From the NCBI GenBank assembly GCA_041562555.1, contig JBFEXS010000079.1, positions 1-10,384 of the forward strand: DNA of 10,384 nucleotides, written 5' to 3'. Position 1 is the first letter of the stretch. The number at the start of each line of letters is the position of its first letter. Position numbers and translations under genes: made by a program. Source of the DNA: Sulfurimonadaceae bacterium. Its GTDB lineage: Bacteria > Campylobacterota > Campylobacteria > Campylobacterales > Sulfurimonadaceae. Below the pieces are notes generated by a model, which was given only the letters and a program-made list of their open reading frames with translations, was not told the origin of the DNA and made no database searches. Below are positions 5,456 to 10,384 of this stretch, one piece after another.

Positions 5456-7723
5456 TTATGTTCGGTACTCTTCAAGCATATTGTTCAGTTTCATCGTCAT
5501 TTGAGACATATGTGATGATGCATCCGTGATCTCATCGACAGAAGTCCTGTTTTCCGAAGAGATAGATTTGATCTGAGCGACTTTGGCGATCATCGACTGT
5601 ACCGTCTCTGAGTTAGAGATGTATCCGGATACAGTCTCGTCAACCTGCGCAATAGAGCGTTCAATCGATTCAACAGAAGTGTTGATCTCATTCTCTGCAG
5701 AATTCGCGTATTCAGAAAGTTTTTCTATCTCTTTGGCATTGGAACTGATATGCTCACTCGCATCAATGACCGACTGCACGATTACTCCGATACTTGCATT
5801 GATCTCTGCAAGAGACCGCTGTGTACGTTCCGCAAGTTTTCTTACCTCATCTGCAACAACGGCGAAACCGCGTCCATGCTCACCGGCACGAGCTGCTTCG
5901 ATCGCTGCATTGAGGGCAAGAAGATTTGTCTGATCCGCAATGTCTGATATGACTGTCAGTACCTCTTTGACCTGTGTCACATCCGAGCTTAACTGTTCCA
6001 GTCTCGCTGCAAGCTCGACTTCTTCACGGGCACGGTTTTGGACTTCGTTAGCCAGATTGATGATTTGATCATTTGCCCCTTTAAGGATGTTTCCGGCTGA
6101 ATCAATATCCTCTTTAGTCACCTTGGCCTGTTCGATTGATGCTCTTAAGACATTTTGCAGCTCCGTACCCTCTTCGGAAACATCCGTAACGATACGCGCT
6201 TCCTCTTCCGTTTTACCACGAATAATCAAAGATGCTTCGGAAAGCGTTTTGGCGATACCCGTATTCTCCGCTGAAGAGTTCTTCGCTTCGGATACTGTTA
6301 TGCGGACCTTCTCAATAAATGCATTGATATTTTCCGCCACCTCAAAGATCTCATCGCCCTTAGGTACATTAACGCGTTGAGTAAGATCACCCTCACCCTT
6401 GGCAAGATCATACGCTGCAGACTGGAGGGTTCCCAGTTTGGAGATGACAAGTGCCTGTACAAGATAGATACTGATCAATAACAATACAACAAATATGATA
6501 ATGGAAATACCAAGGATCATATTACGGATTTCATGTACACCGTCAAGAACCTCGGACTCATCGATCTCAACGACCATACCCCAAGGCTCACCGAATATGC
6601 TGATAGGCGTGTATGATGACAACACACTGACACCACGGTAATCATCAATGATCCATGAGCCGGTTTTTCCTTCTCTGATCGCCTCAGTCGACGCTGACTT
6701 GATGTTCAAGACCGTAATCGTCGTGCCGGATGCTTTGACATCCGGATTATCCATCTCTTTCATGAAGCGACCGTCATTTTTCATACATCCGTCATCACAT
6801 ACAAGATTTGCCTGACCCGTCTTACCTAGACCGGCTTTTTCATAGTTTCCTTTGAAACTCATGATCTCATTGATCTTGGATTTAGGGATTTGGAAGATCA
6901 CGACACCCTCAAAGTCACCCTTGTAAAGAATAGGTGAAGAGAGGAAGATCGCCGGTTCATTCAACGAAGGCTCGTGTGCTCTGAAATCTGCGAAAGCCAC
7001 TTCCCCCATTCCCTTTTTCGTAGCCTTTTTAAAGGCCTCTGCCAGACCGGAATCGGCATAAACACCCTCAAGAAGGTTCGTACCGTAGTCTGTGGATTTT
7101 TTTACCGAATAGACGACATCCCCTCCGGCATTGACCAAAAAGATATCGCTTAACTCAAAATTGTTTAGAAGTTTCATATAAGCGCCGTGCACTTCAATAT
7201 GGTTCTTTGAGTATTCAAGGTCAAAGTGCTTATTGATCTGAAGCTTCTCTTTTTCACCGATTGGATATTCGTTATCAATGATATACAGATACTGTGCAGC
7301 CTGAGCACTTAGACTTTTCGGAAGATACTCTTTAATCGCTCGCCGCGGCTTAACCTTTTTCATATTGTAATTTACACGATTAAGGTACTCACTCTCATAA
7401 TGTTTGAGCAAGGCTTTCTCTATCTTTTGCTGCGAAAGTCCTTCAATCTCTTCAAGCCCCTGAAAACTGTCATCAAGTGCCCATAATGCTTCAACCGTAG
7501 CAATATCCCCCGATTTCGATGTCAACAACAATTCGATTGTCTTAAAGAAATCAACAATGTGATCTTTTTTAGACGCTTTTACAGCGTCAAGTAACCCCAT
7601 ATTACTTTGGACCAAAGCCTCTGTCGTCCGTGTCAATGAGATCGAGACAGTAGCTACCGTAATAACAAGCAGCGATAGGGCCACCAATGTAATAAGCTTA
7701 AACTTAATACTCTTAATATTCAT
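5456..7723 (-). CDS. Methyl-accepting chemotaxis protein (TM1 - large Cache-like periplasmic domain - TM2 - HAMP - signalling domain)
   Basis: Hairpin tip [54 protein letters not shown]...DEI, and two TM helices flanking about 370 aa. Start revised to ATG 7723 (MNIKS, 755 aa) because AAAGGG (7731-7736) lies 7 nt upstream. Confidence 0.96.
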   Translation of the reverse strand: MNIKSIKFKLITLVALSLLVITVATVSISLTRTTEALVQSNMGLLDAVKASKKDHIVDFFKTIELLLTSKSGDIATVEALWALDDSFQGLEEIEGLSQQKIEKALLKHYESEYLNRVNYNMKKVKPRRAIKEYLPKSLSAQAAQYLYIIDNEYPIGEKEKLQINKHFDLEYSKNHIEVHGAYMKLLNNFELSDIFLVNAGGDVVYSVKKSTDYGTNLLEGVYADSGLAEAFKKATKKGMGEVAFADFRAHEPSLNEPAIFLSSPILYKGDFEGVVIFQIPKSKINEIMSFKGNYEKAGLGKTGQANLVCDDGCMKNDGRFMKEMDNPDVKASGTTITVLNIKSASTEAIREGKTGSWIIDDYRGVSVLSSYTPISIFGEPWGMVVEIDESEVLDGVHEIRNMILGISIIIFVVLLLISIYLVQALVISKLGTLQSAAYDLAKGEGDLTQRVNVPKGDEIFEVAENINAFIEKVRITVSEAKNSSAENTGIAKTLSEASLIIRGKTEEEARIVTDVSEEGTELQNVLRASIEQAKVTKEDIDSAGNILKGANDQIINLANEVQNRAREEVELAARLEQLSSDVTQVKEVLTVISDIADQTNLLALNAAIEAARAGEHGRGFAVVADEVRKLAERTQRSLAEINASIGVIVQSVIDASEHISSNAKEIEKLSEYANSAENEINTSVESIERSIAQVDETVSGYISNSETVQSMIAKVAQIKSISSENRTSVDEITDASSHMSQMTMKLNNMLEEYRT

Positions 7724-7759
7724 ATACATACCCTTTACATGTAAGGTCATTTAATAATA

Positions 7760-7768
7760 ATTGTAACA
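7760..7768 (-). promoter_or_regulatory. Putative extended -10 promoter for the MCP gene
   Basis: Minus strand TG-T-TACAAT, located between the carbonic anhydrase terminator and the MCP RBS. Confidence 0.5.
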
Positions 7769-7833
7769 TAAAGAAAGCCGTATTGTAGGGATTTTACCAA
7801 GATAAAAGAAAAAAAAGAAGAAGTGAAACACTC

Positions 7834-7866
7834 AAAAAATGAAGCGAACCAAAGCTACACTTCATT
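7834..7866 (-). terminator. Intrinsic terminator of the porin-carbonic anhydrase operon
   Basis: Minus strand ATGAAGTG-(11 nt)-CGCTTCAT followed by a T-run, starting a few nt after the CA stop codon. Confidence 0.7.
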
Positions 7867-7872
7867 CAAATA

Positions 7873-8601
7873 TCAGTTTGCTTCGATCTGACGATCGTAT
7901 AATTCCTGTACAGGTCGTTCGTTATCAACATAATACTTACGGAAAGCATCGATCTGATCTTTTGAAGCTGTCGATGCCTGTTTTAGAAGATACCATTGAA
8001 CATTCTCCGAACATGGAGGCGTTGTCAATGACCCGATATAATGATAATAGTGCGCTGTATCATTCGGCAGGATATCTTGTGGGTCGATACGGATATTTTT
8101 ACCGATTCCACCAAGGATATTGTCTAGCATAGGGTTGTTTTTTCCCTCTTCAAAGAAGACAGCAACGACTGCCAACTGCTTTGTCTCAGGATTTTGGTGC
8201 ACCAGGTGCGCCACCATATCATAACGTTTTCCATCGATCGTGTGCTCACTTTTACCATGAAAGTGAAACTGTAAAAGATGAAACGTCTCACCGTGTAACT
8301 CTATCGTACCGCCGGCCTGTGGTGTCACCTTGATAGAGTGCCCATTATCAATGACCTTCGCTGTCGTATGTACATCTTCGCTCATGTGAAGGTCATACTG
8401 ATGGTTCATAGAAACTGTCTTCCCCGGGACAATGTTGATAGGAGACTGTGAATGTCCTACGCCACATGTCTTGGAGAACTCTGCCCAATGTGCCGGACCA
8501 TTCTCAGAATAATCCCAGTGTTTTGCATGTTTTGCTTCCGAAGCAAATGCGCTTGCTGATAAGAGTGCCGCCGCACCCATTGCCCATACGATTCTTTTCA
8601 T
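7873..8601 (-). CDS. cah: Periplasmic alpha-class carbonic anhydrase
   Basis: Signal peptide (ASAFA), HWDY...GPxHW, QSPINI, proton shuttle NGHS, Zn ligands QFHFH and HLVH, SEH, GSLTTPPCSE, and the conserved disulfide Cys pair. Start revised to ATG 8601 because AAGGA directly abuts ATG 8607. Confidence 0.96.
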   Translation of the reverse strand: MKRIVWAMGAAALLSASAFASEAKHAKHWDYSENGPAHWAEFSKTCGVGHSQSPINIVPGKTVSMNHQYDLHMSEDVHTTAKVIDNGHSIKVTPQAGGTIELHGETFHLLQFHFHGKSEHTIDGKRYDMVAHLVHQNPETKQLAVVAVFFEEGKNNPMLDNILGGIGKNIRIDPQDILPNDTAHYYHYIGSLTTPPCSENVQWYLLKQASTASKDQIDAFRKYYVDNERPVQELYDRQIEAN

Positions 8602-8616
8602 TCTCATTCCTTTTAA

Positions 8617-9957
8617 TTAAAATTGATAGTTCGCGATGACGCGATATTGGTTCAGTTTATTGATCTGAGAGACGTTTCCGACTGCATTGCTACTGCTGTT
8701 GTAACGTACCCAAATACCCTTCAATGCAAGAGAAAAGTCACCTTTTCCATACGCAAGCACTGCATTATAATCCCGCTGATTGTCCGTAAACTTATCATTG
8801 CTGATGTTCAAATATGATAAAGCTGTTTTAAAACCTTTGATACCGGTAAAATCATATGTCTGTGTATACCCTAAACGCACACCCTCTGATCCACCAATAT
8901 AAATACTGTCGGCGTTTAAGGCTTTGCCATAGTTGGACTGGAAAAGATCATTGGAAGTGATCATATTCGTAAAAAGTGGCGTTCCATCCCATGGCAATAC
9001 CAATGAGTCATGCTTGTTGGCATCACTCAGCACTTTTGTCCATGCAACGTCAAAAGCGGTTTCATTTCGTTTGACACCTGCTTTAATACCAAAAGCGTTA
9101 ACTGATATCTGACCCCCCGCCAAGGTCTTGTCGTTTTGAAGTCTGGTTTCGGCATTTCCCACACTCATCTGATTGATATACTGTCCATCTACATGATAAG
9201 TGTAATGCTCACCTGCCTTGCCCTTATACCCTGCCTCAAGATAAAATGCATTCATAAAATCCTGCGCATATTCATTATAGACTTTCACCATTGTCGTATC
9301 ACTTTGATAGACTGCATCCAATTGAATCACATTCCCCTCGTCGCTTCCTGTAACAGCAGGAGTCTGATCACCCAACGCATGCTTGACAATATTGACAAAC
9401 TTATCCGATGTTCGCTGCTTGAAATGGGTCAAATAAGCTGCCCCCATCGTCGTGCCGTAAGGCATTTTATAGTCTATGAATGCACCTTGTACCGCAGAAG
9501 GAAGCATGCGTACATCTTTAGCATCAACCAAGGATGTCTTGATGACTTTACGGCCGTAAAGCAATTCCAGATCTTTGTGACTATATTTGACAAATGCCTC
9601 TCCCAAAACAGAAAAAGACTCTTGTGCCACAGGATGCCCCGCTGGTAAACCCTGACGTACGGCATTATCACGTCCCAAAATTGACGTGTCAACTACGTTT
9701 GGCAAAGCAAAACCATTCGTCGTCATAAAGGTCACACCCGTCTGAAAACCATTCCAATTCCCCGTGCTATAGGACAGCTGACCACCAATAGCATTGGCAT
9801 GGGCAGATATATGTGAAGCACCACTATCTTTTTTTGTTTCAATATAGTAATAACGAATATTACCCTTGGTCTTTCCCTCTTCAAGCCATGATTGAACTGA
9901 ATCCGCTCCGTGAGCTGAAACTACCAACATAGAAAGAACAAAAAATAAATGTTTCAT
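8617..9957 (-). CDS. Outer-membrane porin, OprD-like (Campylobacterota type)
   Basis: 446 aa with a signal peptide (SAHG/A), GxxxGNIRYYY, AIGGxLxYxT, LGEAFVxY, GR...T.L....D.RMLP...G, alternating beta-strand patterns and a C-terminal BAM signal YRVIANYQF. AAAGG RBS upstream. Confidence 0.85.
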   Translation of the reverse strand: MKHLFFVLSMLVVSAHGADSVQSWLEEGKTKGNIRYYYIETKKDSGASHISAHANAIGGQLSYSTGNWNGFQTGVTFMTTNGFALPNVVDTSILGRDNAVRQGLPAGHPVAQESFSVLGEAFVKYSHKDLELLYGRKVIKTSLVDAKDVRMLPSAVQGAFIDYKMPYGTTMGAAYLTHFKQRTSDKFVNIVKHALGDQTPAVTGSDEGNVIQLDAVYQSDTTMVKVYNEYAQDFMNAFYLEAGYKGKAGEHYTYHVDGQYINQMSVGNAETRLQNDKTLAGGQISVNAFGIKAGVKRNETAFDVAWTKVLSDANKHDSLVLPWDGTPLFTNMITSNDLFQSNYGKALNADSIYIGGSEGVRLGYTQTYDFTGIKGFKTALSYLNISNDKFTDNQRDYNAVLAYGKGDFSLALKGIWVRYNSSSNAVGNVSQINKLNQYRVIANYQF

Positions 9958-9999
9958 ATGTACCTTTCAAGCATCTAATGTCGATCAAATTATGAAAGA

Positions 10000-10005
10000 A
10001 TTATA
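10000..10005 (-). promoter_or_regulatory. Putative sigma70 -10 box for the porin-CA operon
   Basis: Minus strand GA-TATAAT, 42 nt upstream of the porin ATG and downstream of the rpsI terminator. Confidence 0.55.
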
Positions 10006-10074
10006 TCTTTATTGATGGAAATGAAGTAAATCAAGAATATTGAAGAAAATATTAAAAAAATTAAGGAGAATAGA

Positions 10075-10103
10075 TAAAAGAAAGGTGTCTCCCGAAGGAG
10101 ACA
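10075..10103 (-). terminator. Intrinsic terminator after rpsI
   Basis: Minus strand TGTCTCC-TTCG-GGAGACA, a perfect 7-bp stem with a C(UUCG)G tetraloop (10086-10103), followed by CCTTTCTTTTA. Confidence 0.85.
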
Positions 10104-10118
10104 GGCGAAAGAAGATTC

Positions 10119-10384
10119 TTAACGCTTAGAGAACTGACGTGAACGACGTGCTTTTCTTTTACCTGGTTTCTTACGTTCAACAACACGTGAATCACGCGTC
10201 ATCATACCTTCAGGTTTAAGAATTGTACGGAAGCTATCGTCAAATTTAACCAATGCACGAGAAATACCGTGACGAAGTGCATCTGCTTGTCCAGAAAAAC
10301 CACCACCAAGAGTAGTAGCTACGATATCAACAGACTCAGCTTGTTTTGTTAGGTTAAGTGGTTGCATAACACGAAGTTTTTTCG
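10119..10384 (-). CDS. rpsI: 30S ribosomal protein S9, 5'-truncated by the window edge
   Basis: Motifs [32 protein letters not shown] and C-terminal QFSKR. The frame stays open to the window end (..KKLRVMQPL). Confidence 0.98.
   Translation of the reverse strand, partial: KKLRVMQPLNLTKQAESVDIVATTLGGGFSGQADALRHGISRALVKFDDSFRTILKPEGMMTRDSRVVERKKPGKRKARRSRQFSKR

Noticed and set aside
1611..6380. Alternative ORFs 1611-1829, 3204-3500, 3293-3565, 3489-3701, 4186-4566, 5106-5360, 5583-5933, 5750-5947 and 6087-6380
   Set aside because: They lie wholly or mostly within well-supported genes, on the opposite strand or in another frame. The Ser-rich antisense frames are the usual by-product of MCP and similar coding sequence.
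7724..7750. ORF-track start of the MCP at 7750 (similarly 8607 for the CA and 1478 for the DUF883 gene)
   Set aside because: RBS position favours the downstream ATGs at 7723, 8601 and 1472.
7805..7822. A-rich run as a phase-variable tract or repeat
   Set aside because: It is intergenic, interrupted and A/T-type, better explained as T-rich sequence upstream of the minus-strand promoter. No long poly-G/C tract was seen in the window.
7839..9692. Alternative ORFs 7839-8132, 8448-8639, 8623-8817, 9136-9648 and 9474-9692
   Set aside because: They overlap the carbonic anhydrase and porin genes, have atypical composition and have no independent support.
5456..9957. A single porin-CA-MCP operon for CO2/bicarbonate chemotaxis
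   Set aside because: A hairpin plus T-run follows the CA stop (7834-7866) and the MCP has its own candidate extended -10 (7760-7768), so co-transcription is not supported. A functional link remains possible but has no direct evidence.
1..10384. CRISPR array, tRNA/rRNA, IS element or integron
   Set aside because: No regularly spaced direct repeats, cloverleaf, transposase or integrase ORF, or terminal inverted repeats were found by eye. All intergenic gaps are under about 170 nt.

Overview
Chromosomal window from a Campylobacterota (epsilonproteobacterial) bacterium, probably Sulfurimonas/Sulfurovum-like. That assignment is inferred from protein style, AAGGA-type RBSs, TATAAT promoters without a clear -35, and the rpsI/HAD arrangement. 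Left to right: luxS (-); a three-gene cassette of ElaB/YqjD (DUF883)-like, YqjE/holin-like and hypothetical genes (-); a divergent, translationally coupled pair encoding a stand-alone cNMP-binding protein and an AI-2E (PerM/TqsA) family transporter (+); a Gph-like HAD phosphatase and an orphan family-5 ABC substrate-binding protein, apparently on a leaderless mRNA (-); an MCP with a large Cache-like periplasmic domain (-); an operon of an OprD-like porin and a periplasmic alpha-carbonic anhydrase (-); and the 3' end of rpsI with a UUCG terminator. No mobile element, CRISPR array, tRNA or rRNA was seen. Three hypotheses stand out: (1) luxS, the AI-2E transporter, a DppA/AibA-like binding protein and a Cache MCP form a possible AI-2 make/export/sense neighbourhood; (2) the cNMP protein is a regulatory subunit of the AI-2E transporter; (3) the porin and periplasmic carbonic anhydrase form an inorganic-carbon acquisition module. 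Family calls come from motif recognition by eye; no searches were run.
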